IMG/VR virus record: IMGVR_UViG_3300018428_000023
Span: 1 to 58,038 of that record
DNA: 58,038 bases
Direction: 5' to 3' (one strand)
Source of the DNA: a virus
Lineage: Duplodnaviria; Caudoviricetes
The translations under genes were made by a program, and so were the position numbers. This document shows, one piece after another, positions 18,947 to 27,464 of this stretch (the first letter of the stretch is position 1; each line of letters starts with the position of its first letter). The notes below the pieces were generated by a model. It did not search any database and was not told the origin of the DNA. It was given only the letters and a program-made list of their open reading frames with translations.

Positions 18947-19757
18947 GACTCTAATTACTAAGGACAATGACAATAGTGCTAATTGCATTGCACCAAACGT
19001 TATTTATGGATGTTTTGGTGGATGTGTTAGCACTTATTGTTATATGTCTAGGTATAATGGAGACCGAGTCTTTGTAAACAGCAATGTTGATCAGATATTT
19101 GAGTCTGTTGTTGAATGGGAAAAAGACTATGTCAAAGTACCAGATCAACAGGATCCTATATACACTATGGTAGATGTGGCCTGTAACAGTGATTTAGTAC
19201 TGATGCAGAAACATATGCCTGAACCCCTGATAGACTATCTTAAAAGATACGATGATCATCCTAGACTTAATAGTACTATGGCTACTAAGTATCCTGATTT
19301 GTTGAAGCTAGATGTAAACCACTTCAATAAGAAACCTAGGGTACGTGTAAGTCTTATGCCCCAAGTATATTCTGACATCTTAGAGCCTAAAATGTCAAGT
19401 ATTTTGCGCAGAATACATGACATTAACCGCCTTAAAGAGTTAGGTTGGGAGGTACATATAAACTATAGTCCTCTGATCTTTTATCATGGCTGGAAAGAAG
19501 AGTATGATAATCTGTTTAAAACAGTAAAAGATATTGCTGGTGAAAATAAATGTGAGGTAATTGCACTCACTAATCATGCTAATCAAATGGCAAGATCTTC
19601 AGAATCAGCTCAGGAGTTGATGAAATATAGCTCAGAAATTAAAAACAAGCAGGGTATAATGAGATATCCTCTGAGCCACAAATCAAGATTGTTAAATGAA
19701 TTCAAGGAGATATATTCAAAATATTTCAACCTTGATACTATCAGATATATATTTTAA
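18924..19757 (+). CDS. Spore photoproduct lyase-like radical SAM protein
   Basis: GCFGGCVSTYCYM cluster motif, VDVACNSD (SplB-like ACTSD), ATKY, RVRVSLMP, HINYSPLI, MRY. Confidence 0.8.
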   Translation: MIKVQKTKTLITKDNDNSANCIAPNVIYGCFGGCVSTYCYMSRYNGDRVFVNSNVDQIFESVVEWEKDYVKVPDQQDPIYTMVDVACNSDLVLMQKHMPEPLIDYLKRYDDHPRLNSTMATKYPDLLKLDVNHFNKKPRVRVSLMPQVYSDILEPKMSSILRRIHDINRLKELGWEVHINYSPLIFYHGWKEEYDNLFKTVKDIAGENKCEVIALTNHANQMARSSESAQELMKYSSEIKNKQGIMRYPLSHKSRLLNEFKEIYSKYFNLDTIRYIF

Positions 19758-19788
19758 TTGTATTGATCCAACTTAATTTGTATATTTG
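19758..19788 (+). promoter_or_regulatory. Bacteroidetes-type promoter, TTG-N20-TATATTTG
   Basis: TTG at 19758-19760, TATATTTG at 19781-19788, ATG at 19808. Confidence 0.7.
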
Positions 19789-19807
19789 AAACTAAATAAG
19801 TTTAAAC

Positions 19808-20653
19808 ATGGGATATTCACGTCCAAAAGAAACAACAAAGTCTTACTTGGAGAACGCTCCGCTACCATCTCACGGTGATACTTATACAGTAATACCACAT
19901 AGAGATGTAATTGAAAACACTCTTAACATGTTGAATGCCAGTGGCTTCACGGTTACCAGAGAACTCTACAGAGCAAATGTAAATGCTAATGTAGCTCAGG
20001 GTATTTATCATATTATACCCTCAAATCCAATTGATCCTGCTGTTAAATCAGAGACTGAACTAGGAATGATGTTTGCTTGGACCAACTCTTATGACAAAAG
20101 CACCCGCTTCCAATGTGCTATTGGTGGCTATGTAATGGTTTGTTATAATGGTATGGTTGCAGGTGATATGATGTCGTTTGCTAGAAAGCATACAGGATCT
20201 GCAGATTATGAGATTAGAATGCAGATCTCTAATCAGATTAAAAATGCTGAGAAGTATTACAAGAGAATTATAGATGACAGAAACAATCTAAGAACTGTAA
20301 CACTCTCAGTAAAAGAACAGGCAGAACTTTTAGGACGCTTGTATGCTCAAGAAGAAATTCTTGATGTCAATCAAGTTGTTACTGTAAAACAAGAGATGTC
20401 TAAACCTTCTTATGATTATCAGGCGGACCAAGAAAACGCCTGGGCTTTCTACAATCATGTTACACATGCTCTTAAAAAGTCACACCCACGTTCTTGGTTA
20501 AGTGACTCTCAGAAGTTTCATGACTTTATCGTTGCAGATCTACTGGGTCAAATGGGTATTCAAACAAAAGATGTTGTAGAAGATCCAAATCAAACTACAA
20601 TGTTTGATGAAGTTGAGTTGGTTGAAGAAGAACAATATACTTTTGATTTATGA
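19808..20653 (+). CDS. DUF932-like protein
   Basis: YTVIPH, NSYDKS, VCYNGMV, RKHTG, NAWAFYNHVT. Confidence 0.75.
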   Translation: MGYSRPKETTKSYLENAPLPSHGDTYTVIPHRDVIENTLNMLNASGFTVTRELYRANVNANVAQGIYHIIPSNPIDPAVKSETELGMMFAWTNSYDKSTRFQCAIGGYVMVCYNGMVAGDMMSFARKHTGSADYEIRMQISNQIKNAEKYYKRIIDDRNNLRTVTLSVKEQAELLGRLYAQEEILDVNQVVTVKQEMSKPSYDYQADQENAWAFYNHVTHALKKSHPRSWLSDSQKFHDFIVADLLGQMGIQTKDVVEDPNQTTMFDEVELVEEEQYTFDL

Positions 20654-21003
20654 AACAGGTAGATATAAAAACAGAGTTTGCAGACTTATTAAAGCATGCA
20701 GCATCTGTTCTTAAAGGTGAAGGTATTCTTGTTAAAAATGAATACAATTCAGATCTACCTTATATAAGCTCTTCCTTTATTAATGGAAGAGAAGGTATAT
20801 ACTTTAAAGTTGATCAACGTGATTTCTTATCAGATGATCAAGAAGAAACCATTAATAGGATTTTTCCAATCAAATTTAAAAATGATGAAGGTTATTATAG
20901 ACTAAATCTTTTAAGTATTTATGATTATGAATGGGATGATGATAGATCATGGGAACCATCAATAGCTATGGAAATAATTCATAATGGTAAGATGGTTATA
21001 TGA
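20650..21003 (+). CDS. Hypothetical protein
   Basis: ATGA-coupled ORF. Confidence 0.65.
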   Translation: MKQVDIKTEFADLLKHAASVLKGEGILVKNEYNSDLPYISSSFINGREGIYFKVDQRDFLSDDQEETINRIFPIKFKNDEGYYRLNLLSIYDYEWDDDRSWEPSIAMEIIHNGKMVI

Positions 21004-21071
21004 TAAAGACAGTTTTAATATTATTATTAGGACTAGGTTTAATAATCATGGCATCAGCTAATAATGATTAA
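21000..21071 (+). CDS. 23-aa hydrophobic peptide
   Basis: MIKTVLILLLGLGLIIMASANND; ATGA overlap. Confidence 0.45.
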   Translation: MIKTVLILLLGLGLIIMASANND

Positions 21072-21075
21072 TCAT

Positions 21076-21129
21076 AGGAAGGGCAACCAATCCGCAGGTT
21101 TTGCATTTCCTGCGGGCCCTTCTTCTTTT
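21076..21129 (+). ncRNA. Candidate structured RNA or terminator (bulged hairpin)
   Basis: AGGAAGGGC/GCCCTTCTT outer stem, 5' bulge AACCAAT, inner CCGCAGG/CCTGCGG, loop TTTTGCATTT, then CTTTT. Confidence 0.55.
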
Positions 21130-21140
21130 AAAATAAAATT

Positions 21141-21437
21141 ATGAAACAACAAATATTTGTAGACGGAAAACATGATTATGATTTTGAAGAGATAACCACA
21201 TCAGAGGGTATACTCTATATATTATCACGTAGTGATTCTGAAGAATGGTCAGATGATGTTAAAGGTAAAATTATCTACTCTGTTCTAAATACAGGAGATG
21301 GCTTTGAGTTTGAACAAAAGATCCACAGAAAAATGGATTACCATGATGCATTCTCTTTAAGTGTCATTCTTAAAAAGATATCCTTTAATGAATCTACTGT
21401 AGAAATTACACAGATTCCTAAGATAGAGTTACTGTAA
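21141..21437 (+). CDS. Hypothetical protein
   Basis: ORF with an A-rich start context. Confidence 0.65.
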   Translation: MKQQIFVDGKHDYDFEEITTSEGILYILSRSDSEEWSDDVKGKIIYSVLNTGDGFEFEQKIHRKMDYHDAFSLSVILKKISFNESTVEITQIPKIELL

Positions 21438-21646
21438 TGCCAGAAGGAAAAGTGCAAGCTCAAGAAATCCTAAATAAATTAGGAGTAGATGATGGTAAAA
21501 AGCATATAACACAATTGTTATATTTTGCAGAAGGAGTTGGTTCAAATGAACTAATAACTTATTGGAAGAAAGTAGAAAAAGAATTTAATGATGCAGTTAA
21601 TAACAACACACCCAATAAAAAAATCAGACCTTGGCTTCCACGCTAA
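21437..21646 (+). CDS. Hypothetical protein
   Basis: TAATG-coupled ORF; tail overlaps the next gene. Confidence 0.6.
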   Translation: MPEGKVQAQEILNKLGVDDGKKHITQLLYFAEGVGSNELITYWKKVEKEFNDAVNNNTPNKKIRPWLPR

Positions 21647-21995
21647 TCTCTTTGGAGGTAAGTTACTTGCTTGGTTAGACGCTGCTGGTGCCGCATACGC
21701 TATGGAAGTATGTGATACTCCGCGTATGGTAACAGTAATGATAGATAAATGTATCTTTAAGAAGCCTGCAAAAGAAGGACAGCTCATAAAGATATACGGC
21801 AAGGTTGTACATATAGGTAATACTAGTATAACCTTTTACTTAGAAGCACGAGCACATAATGTTTATTCTGGTAACCAGACTGTAGTTTTACAAACAAACA
21901 TTAGATTTGTAAGGATAGATGAAAATGGGGACCCCGTCCCTATTGCAGATAGAGTAAAAGACAAGTATGAACAAGAAGGATTGGAACAAGTGTAA
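21588..21995 (+). CDS. Acyl-CoA thioesterase (hotdog fold, YciA-like)
   Basis: DLGFHANLFGGKLLAWLDAAG, VTV...FKKP, GNTS, FVRIDENGDPVP. Confidence 0.85.
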   Translation: MMQLITTHPIKKSDLGFHANLFGGKLLAWLDAAGAAYAMEVCDTPRMVTVMIDKCIFKKPAKEGQLIKIYGKVVHIGNTSITFYLEARAHNVYSGNQTVVLQTNIRFVRIDENGDPVPIADRVKDKYEQEGLEQV

Positions 21996-22083
21996 ACTCT
22001 GCGGAGATCCTATTCCGCCAGGATTAAGAATGACAAAAATTTGTCCCTTGTGTTTAATTAAAAAACCAAAGAAAAATGATTGA
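21967..22083 (+). CDS. 38-aa C4 zinc-finger peptide (DksA/TraR-finger-like)
   Basis: MNKKDWNKCKLCGDPIPPGLRMTKICPLCLIKKPKKND; not in the ORF track. Confidence 0.6.
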   Translation: MNKKDWNKCKLCGDPIPPGLRMTKICPLCLIKKPKKND

Positions 22084-22171
22084 CTGGATTATAGTTATAT
22101 TTATTACTGTAGCATTTTTTAGCTACCTTACTTATAAAATGATTAAAGATGACAGAACAACAAATACATAA
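22076..22171 (+). CDS. 31-aa single-TM peptide
   Basis: MIDWIIVIFITVAFFSYLTYKMIKDDRTTNT. Confidence 0.5.
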   Translation: MIDWIIVIFITVAFFSYLTYKMIKDDRTTNT

Positions 22172-22466
22172 ACTTATGGAGGTCCAATACTTAAAGGGCC
22201 GAATTGATGAGCTGCATAAAGCTTTTCCCACTATCACTAATATGGATAGAAGTAGAAAGATTGATATGCGGCTCGCTAAATACTATGAGAAGTTAAAGAA
22301 TACTTCAGAGGAAGCTTACCATCTTTTCCAGGTAGAAAGAGTTAATTATCAAATCTCAAAGAAAAAGTCTAAGACGTTCATGAAAGAACTACTTGAGGAG
22401 CTGGTCCCATATATACAGGATGAAGAGCTTTTACAGAAACTCTCTAGACAAATAAATAAATATTAA
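22149..22466 (+). CDS. Hypothetical helical protein
   Basis: ORF in operon context. Confidence 0.65.
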   Translation: MTEQQIHKLMEVQYLKGRIDELHKAFPTITNMDRSRKIDMRLAKYYEKLKNTSEEAYHLFQVERVNYQISKKKSKTFMKELLEELVPYIQDEELLQKLSRQINKY

Positions 22467-22467
22467 T

Positions 22468-22881
22468 ATGAATGATCCATTTGGAAATCACTTTGAAGAG
22501 CACCCGGACTCTGCAGATTCTTTAAAAGATGAGCAGAGCCCCCAATACGGAGACCCTGTCGCCATCTGTGAAGCAAAATATCCTGAGACAACTGCCGAGT
22601 TTAAAAAGATCCAGCAGGTACAGTATGAATTGTTTTGTAAGAAACAACTAGACTACGGTCCGGAGAATATCACTCTTGGTAAAGACACAGAGAAATCTGA
22701 GAACCGTAAGTTGAGTTTGATGGGTTTATGGTTTAGAATGAATGACAAGATCCAACGCATCTTGAATATCGTCAACAACCATGTTAAACCTAACAATGAG
22801 AGTCTTGAAGATTCGTGGATTGATCTATCCAACTATTCAATCATCTCTATCTTAGTACACCGTGGAAAGTGGGCTAAGTAA
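22468..22881 (+). CDS. DUF1599 / nucleotide-modification-associated domain protein
   Basis: LFCKKQLDYGPENI, RMNDKIQRI, ESLEDSWIDLSNYSII. Confidence 0.78.
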   Translation: MNDPFGNHFEEHPDSADSLKDEQSPQYGDPVAICEAKYPETTAEFKKIQQVQYELFCKKQLDYGPENITLGKDTEKSENRKLSLMGLWFRMNDKIQRILNIVNNHVKPNNESLEDSWIDLSNYSIISILVHRGKWAK

Positions 22882-22882
22882 T

Positions 22883-23009
22883 CGTTAATCAATAAACGTG
22901 ATGTGGTGATGAATAGATGTAACTGTACAGTCTTCTACACCACATTGATTAAACGTGGGCTCGTAAGTAATTGCTTCTGAGCTTGCACAAGACGCTAAAA
23001 GAATTAGCG
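22883..23009. ncRNA. Candidate multi-hairpin structured element
   Basis: TTAATCAA/TTGATTAA, ATGTGGTG/CACCACAT, TAGA/TCTA; GGGCTC/GAGCTT; CGCTAA/TTAGCG; TAAACGTG present twice. Confidence 0.5.
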
Positions 23010-23093
23010 CAAAAAAAGAAAGTAACTTTTTCATCTTATGTAAATTTATGGTTACTATACTATAAAAATACGGTTAATAAAAATGAAATCAAA

Positions 23094-23243
23094 ATGAAAG
23101 TAGAAATCTACAGTATGGATAGGTGGTATATAACACCCGCAATCGTACATTATAATGACTTTGACTGGCATGGCTATACTAGTATAGACCTTGTCTGGTT
23201 GAAATGGGGTATTGGTATTATATGGAATAAAAAAGGGGAGTAA
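23094..23243 (+). CDS. 49-aa beta-strand-rich small protein
   Basis: MKVEIYSMDRWYITPAIVHYNDFDWHGYTSIDLVWLKWGIGIIWNKKGE; ATG 23094 preferred over TTG 22971. Confidence 0.6.
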   Translation: MKVEIYSMDRWYITPAIVHYNDFDWHGYTSIDLVWLKWGIGIIWNKKGE

Positions 23244-23258
23244 TTAAACTCCCCTTTC
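23228..23258. terminator. Probable bidirectional terminator at the convergence point
   Basis: AAAAAAGGGGAGT-AATTAA-ACTCCCCTTT between convergent gene blocks. Confidence 0.75.
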
Positions 23259-23291
23259 CAATCAAACTAGATAATAATTATTATTATACTC

Positions 23292-23600
23292 TTATCCTTT
23301 TTTCCATTTAGTGCTACTAGACTTTGTTTTACTAGGAGACCATTTTACTTTATCAGCCCAGTAAGCAGCACTCATTTTACCTTTTTTAATATTTTTAGCA
23401 TGTCTGCTTTTAAATGCCTTACGTTGTCCTACAGTTTGATTTGTTTTAACACCCTGTTGTCCAAAGCGGATAGTTTTAACTTTATCTCCTTCTTTAGCCA
23501 CAACTATGTGTGACTTAGTAGGATGAGATGGGGTTCTCTTAGGTTTATTATACCCAGAGACCCCAGCTCTTGTTAATCTACTATCTTTTTTATCAGCCAT
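23292..23600 (-). CDS. Small very basic protein
   Basis: K/R-rich; KSHIVVAKEGDKVKTIRFGQQG...FKSRH...SAAYWADKVKW. Confidence 0.75.
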   Translation of the reverse strand: MADKKDSRLTRAGVSGYNKPKRTPSHPTKSHIVVAKEGDKVKTIRFGQQGVKTNQTVGQRKAFKSRHAKNIKKGKMSAAYWADKVKWSPSKTKSSSTKWKKG

Positions 23601-23606
23601 ACTTTA

Positions 23607-26600
23607 TTAAGCTCTAACAGCTCCTTCACCGTAATTGGCACTAACACACTCTGTTACAGTTATATTCATATTTGCTTGTAAAAGCGTAAAGTCAGGTGCA
23701 ATAGCAGTAGGTTTAGCAATTTGAGCAATAACCATTTCTTGATCAGGTAATTCAATATAACCAGTATAAGTTCTTGTTACAGGATATTCAGCACTTAAGC
23801 TTTGACTATCTTGCCAAGTAACTACAGTAGCAATTGAGTTACCACCTTGATCAAAATGCTCTAAACGAGTATTCCAGCCGTGTGAACCACCACCACCAAT
23901 ATCTTCAAGCATAATTGTCCATGACACAACTAAGTTTAATGCCTTACCTGATACATTTCTGTAACCAAGTGAGACTCCACCGCTACCATCAATATCATTA
24001 AAAGTAGTTGTATTAATTGTTCTTGAACCAATCCATAAATCATTATAGAAACAAGCAGTAGCTGGATTTGGTAATGTTATTGTTTTAACATTTACAGCAT
24101 CAACGTGTCCTGTTGCATTTGTTGATACATCATCAACAACAGTAAAGGTTTGTCCATGACCAGGTGCAGCAGCTGAAGTAGTATCAGTTCTAGAAGTTGC
24201 ATCATGATTAACAGTACCACTTGTTTCTGTTAAGTAAGTACCAAATGTATAACTACTGCCACCACCTGTAGCATCAATTGTAATTCCATTTACTCCATTG
24301 GCTGTTAAACTAATATTATTACCTGCAACCAATGTAACTATACTGTCAACTCCGTTAGAATCAGTTAAAACAATATCAGCATCATTAGCATTTTGTGCAT
24401 TTGATATAGTGTATGTTGTATCTGTATCATCTAAGAAACTACTCAAGTCAATACTACCACCAAAGGCATTACCAACACCTGTAAAGTCTAAATTAGTGCC
24501 ATTAAGTACTACATCACTTACATAATCAATATCATTTGTATTAGTTATAGTAGATGCAATTGCAATAGTATTAGTGCTTAAGTTTTCTGTAACAGTAATA
24601 CCTGAACCACCAGCAATAGTAAACTGACTATCAGCACCACCACCAGCACCAGTTAATTTAACAACCGTGTCATTTGAACCACTAGCAACTAAACCTAAAC
24701 TATAAGTGGCATTAGTATCATCTAAGAAGCTGCTTAAATCAACACTACCGGCAAAAGCGTTACCAACTGAAGTAAAGTCTAAGTTAGTACCATTTAAAAC
24801 TACATCGCTGATATAGTCAATATCATTAGTATCAGTTACAGTATTAGTAATAAATACTTTTTTCTGAACAGTATTTGTTTGCAATTGAATTCCAGTACCC
24901 GCAACAAATTCTAATGTATCTGTTGTAGTATTAGCTGTAATTGTTTGTTGACCTGCAACAGCAATGTTAGCCCATAAGTTTTGATCTGGATTATCATAGT
25001 CAGATAAATCAACATTAGTTACATTACCGTTCTCATCCGTATAAAGAAGCAAATCATTACTTCTTGATAATGATGTAAGTGTCTCTGTAGTTGCTAAAGA
25101 AGCAAGGTTAATACTACCATTAAATCCACCATTAGATCCAGTAAAGTCTAATACACTAGTGTTAGAATCAAAAGTTACATTTGTAATAACACCATCAGCT
25201 CCAGTTCCTGAAGTAGGAAGAGTAACAGACTTAACGTTTACTGCAGTTACTTGACCTTTAGCATTTGTAGTAATATCATCAATTACAGTAAAGGTTCCCG
25301 AATGTGTAGGGCTTGCTGTGCTAGAACTATTAGTTCTTGAAACATCTGTTAAACTAAATTCATTGGCATTAAGATCTAAACCAGCACCTGCAGTATAATT
25401 TCCGCCAGATGACAAAGGCATTGTAAAGGTTCTTGTGTCATAACCTGTAATGTGACCATATGCATCATGAGTAACATCAACAATGGCATCAAACGTAGCA
25501 CCATATGTTAAACTTTGAGTACTTGTAGTTGGTGTTGTTGTAGTTGTTTGGTGAGAAACAGTTACTGTTCCCGCACTACCGTTAACACTTACATTAATTT
25601 TATCACCAGCAACAATATCAGATAGTGCCATACCGCCACCACCTAATGAGGCAAGACTTACTGTTCCAGAGAATCCATTATTTACCCCAGTAAATTGAAG
25701 ATCTGTACCTATAAGTTGTACATCAGAAATATAATCAATATCGTTTGTATCATTAGCATCTATTTCAATAACACCTCCTACTGGGTCTACGCTAAGGACA
25801 ACATTTTGTCCAGGATTAATTGAAATAGCATCAAGAGTACCATTAGATCCTACTAATCTAATCTGACCTCCTTGAGCAATATTATTTGCTAATTCTAAAT
25901 CATAAGTAACATCTAAGTCACTTAAATCTACAGGACCTGTGAAAGCATTTCCAACACCTGTAAATTCAAGTTGAAATCCATTAAACTGAACATCTGATAC
26001 ATAATCAATATCGTTTGTATTAGCAGCACTTATTTCAATTACACGTCCCGGTTCATTTACAGCAAGTGTAACATTTGATCCAGGATTAATTGAAACAAGA
26101 TCAATTGTGCCATTAGATCCTAATAACCTAAGATCACCACCATTCAAACCATTATTTCTTACATCGTAACCATAGAGTGTATCAGTGTTATCTAGGTATT
26201 TAGATAAATTAACTGTTCCTGAGAATGCAGCACCTACTCCGGTAAATTGAAGATCATCTCCTATAAGTTGTACATCAACTACATAAGCACCAGCTTGACT
26301 ATCAACATAATCTTTAATAGCCGCAACTGTTGCTAAAGATTCATCATTATCATTTGATGCTAAACCTTCTGCTTCATTAACAACATTCACTAGGTTTTCA
26401 CCATCCATTCTAAGTGCACCAGAAATATTGGCATCTCGTGTGGCCATATCTTCACCAAAAGTTGACCACAAACCGCGTGCATTATCCCATGCCCAAGTTT
26501 TAATACCTGCAGGAACAACTACTTCAATACCAGAATCAAGAGGAGCACCAGTAGAGTTAATACGGAAAATGTTATCAGCCACCTGTACTACAGTTGACTC

Positions 26601-26993
26601 AACAATAGTTTGAGTACCTAATACTAATAAATCACCTTCAAGTACGGTGTTACCACTAACTCTAAAGTCACCACTTACCAAACCTTCACTTGCTGCGGGA
26701 TCTTGACTGAAAATTGAATCAACAATTGTTTGAACACTACAGTTATTTTCATTGACTGTAGACCACATTGGTAATGTGTGTTCAGTTCCAGTTCCCTCTA
26801 CAAGACCAGAAATAATGTTACACTTAAGATCATCATATCTGATCGCATGAGGGGTCATTTTAGGAGAGTATGCTGGCGTAGCCAATCTGCTGGTCTTTGT
26901 TCTCCCAAACTCAAACCAGTCTCTCGTGAGTTCTAATTTATCTTTATCCTGCTTTCTTACTAACAGGTTCAAGACTTCTTGTACAAAGTTCAT
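23607..26993 (-). CDS. Tail fibre/spike-like virion protein with internal repeats
   Basis: T/N/G/D-rich; about 6 copies of DYxSDVxLxGTxLxFTGVGxAFxGxVDLS and 3 copies of a TFTVxDDxxTNAxGHVxAVNVKxxTLP-type repeat. Confidence 0.75.
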   Translation of the reverse strand: MNFVQEVLNLLVRKQDKDKLELTRDWFEFGRTKTSRLATPAYSPKMTPHAIRYDDLKCNIISGLVEGTGTEHTLPMWSTVNENNCSVQTIVDSIFSQDPAASEGLVSGDFRVSGNTVLEGDLLVLGTQTIVESTVVQVADNIFRINSTGAPLDSGIEVVVPAGIKTWAWDNARGLWSTFGEDMATRDANISGALRMDGENLVNVVNEAEGLASNDNDESLATVAAIKDYVDSQAGAYVVDVQLIGDDLQFTGVGAAFSGTVNLSKYLDNTDTLYGYDVRNNGLNGGDLRLLGSNGTIDLVSINPGSNVTLAVNEPGRVIEISAANTNDIDYVSDVQFNGFQLEFTGVGNAFTGPVDLSDLDVTYDLELANNIAQGGQIRLVGSNGTLDAISINPGQNVVLSVDPVGGVIEIDANDTNDIDYISDVQLIGTDLQFTGVNNGFSGTVSLASLGGGGMALSDIVAGDKINVSVNGSAGTVTVSHQTTTTTPTTSTQSLTYGATFDAIVDVTHDAYGHITGYDTRTFTMPLSSGGNYTAGAGLDLNANEFSLTDVSRTNSSSTASPTHSGTFTVIDDITTNAKGQVTAVNVKSVTLPTSGTGADGVITNVTFDSNTSVLDFTGSNGGFNGSINLASLATTETLTSLSRSNDLLLYTDENGNVTNVDLSDYDNPDQNLWANIAVAGQQTITANTTTDTLEFVAGTGIQLQTNTVQKKVFITNTVTDTNDIDYISDVVLNGTNLDFTSVGNAFAGSVDLSSFLDDTNATYSLGLVASGSNDTVVKLTGAGGGADSQFTIAGGSGITVTENLSTNTIAIASTITNTNDIDYVSDVVLNGTNLDFTGVGNAFGGSIDLSSFLDDTDTTYTISNAQNANDADIVLTDSNGVDSIVTLVAGNNISLTANGVNGITIDATGGGSSYTFGTYLTETSGTVNHDATSRTDTTSAAAPGHGQTFTVVDDVSTNATGHVDAVNVKTITLPNPATACFYNDLWIGSRTINTTTFNDIDGSGGVSLGYRNVSGKALNLVVSWTIMLEDIGGGGSHGWNTRLEHFDQGGNSIATVVTWQDSQSLSAEYPVTRTYTGYIELPDQEMVIAQIAKPTAIAPDFTLLQANMNITVTECVSANYGEGAVRA
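24070..26290 (-). repeat. Interspersed coding repeats in the fibre gene
   Basis: Nucleotide-level copies, e.g. ATAATCAATATCGTTTGTAT near 25731 and 26001, CCAGGATTAATTGAAA near 25810 and 26080. Confidence 0.8.
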
Positions 26994-27016
26994 AATTATC
27001 TAGTTTTAATTTTTAT

Positions 27017-27259
27017 TTATCGTTTTTTGCCTTTATGTAATCCATGACTAGCATGTTGTTTACCTTTTTTAGTTGCAGCTCTTTTCTTTTTATTTGCTGC
27101 TGCTAATTTTTTTCTACCCGCTGCAGTACTCTTAAGCTTAGATATTGTTTTAGATGGAGCATAGACTTCACCAGTTTCTGAAGACTTTTTACCAGAAGGA
27201 GTTCTCCACTTCTGTTTAGTCCATCTATCTAAACTTTTTTGTCTTTTGGTTTTAGCCAT
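27017..27259 (-). CDS. Small basic protein (resembles the C-terminal part of DUF5872-like proteins)
   Basis: QKSLDRWTKQKWRTPSGK...GEVYAPSK; very K/R-rich. Confidence 0.7.
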   Translation of the reverse strand: MAKTKRQKSLDRWTKQKWRTPSGKKSSETGEVYAPSKTISKLKSTAAGRKKLAAANKKKRAATKKGKQHASHGLHKGKKR

Positions 27260-27462
27260 TACTTTTTAGTTTTATAACCTCCACCTTTTGCTTTATACTG
27301 TTTAGCAAGCATTTGTGCTTTACGTGCTGACCATTGACCAGGACGTCCACCCTTACTACCGGCTTTAATTCTTTCAAATAAAGCTTTACGCATACTGGGT
27401 TTTGTATAATTACCAGATGCATTAACAGTACTTTTTTTAGTTTTTGTCTTTTTTGCAGGCAT
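27259..27462 (-). CDS. Small basic DUF5872-like protein
   Basis: NYTKPSMRK...IKAGSKGGRPGQWSARKAQMLAKQYKAKGGGYK. Confidence 0.75.
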   Translation of the reverse strand: MPAKKTKTKKSTVNASGNYTKPSMRKALFERIKAGSKGGRPGQWSARKAQMLAKQYKAKGGGYKTKK

Positions 27463-27464
27463 AC

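Noticed and set aside
2928-21646. Long gene overlaps (3352-3458, 8367-8446, 21588-21646) as dual-coding innovation
   Set aside because: The overlapping tails lie beyond the recognisable domains and look like ordinary stop-codon drift in a compact genome
22900-22945. Hammerhead ribozyme suggested by TGATGA
   Set aside because: It lacks the preceding C of CUGANGA and a correctly placed GAAA
24070-26290. CRISPR array or diversity-generating retroelement repeats
   Set aside because: The repeats are in-frame, degenerate and irregularly spaced protein repeats; no reverse transcriptase or adenine-specific TR/VR pattern was seen
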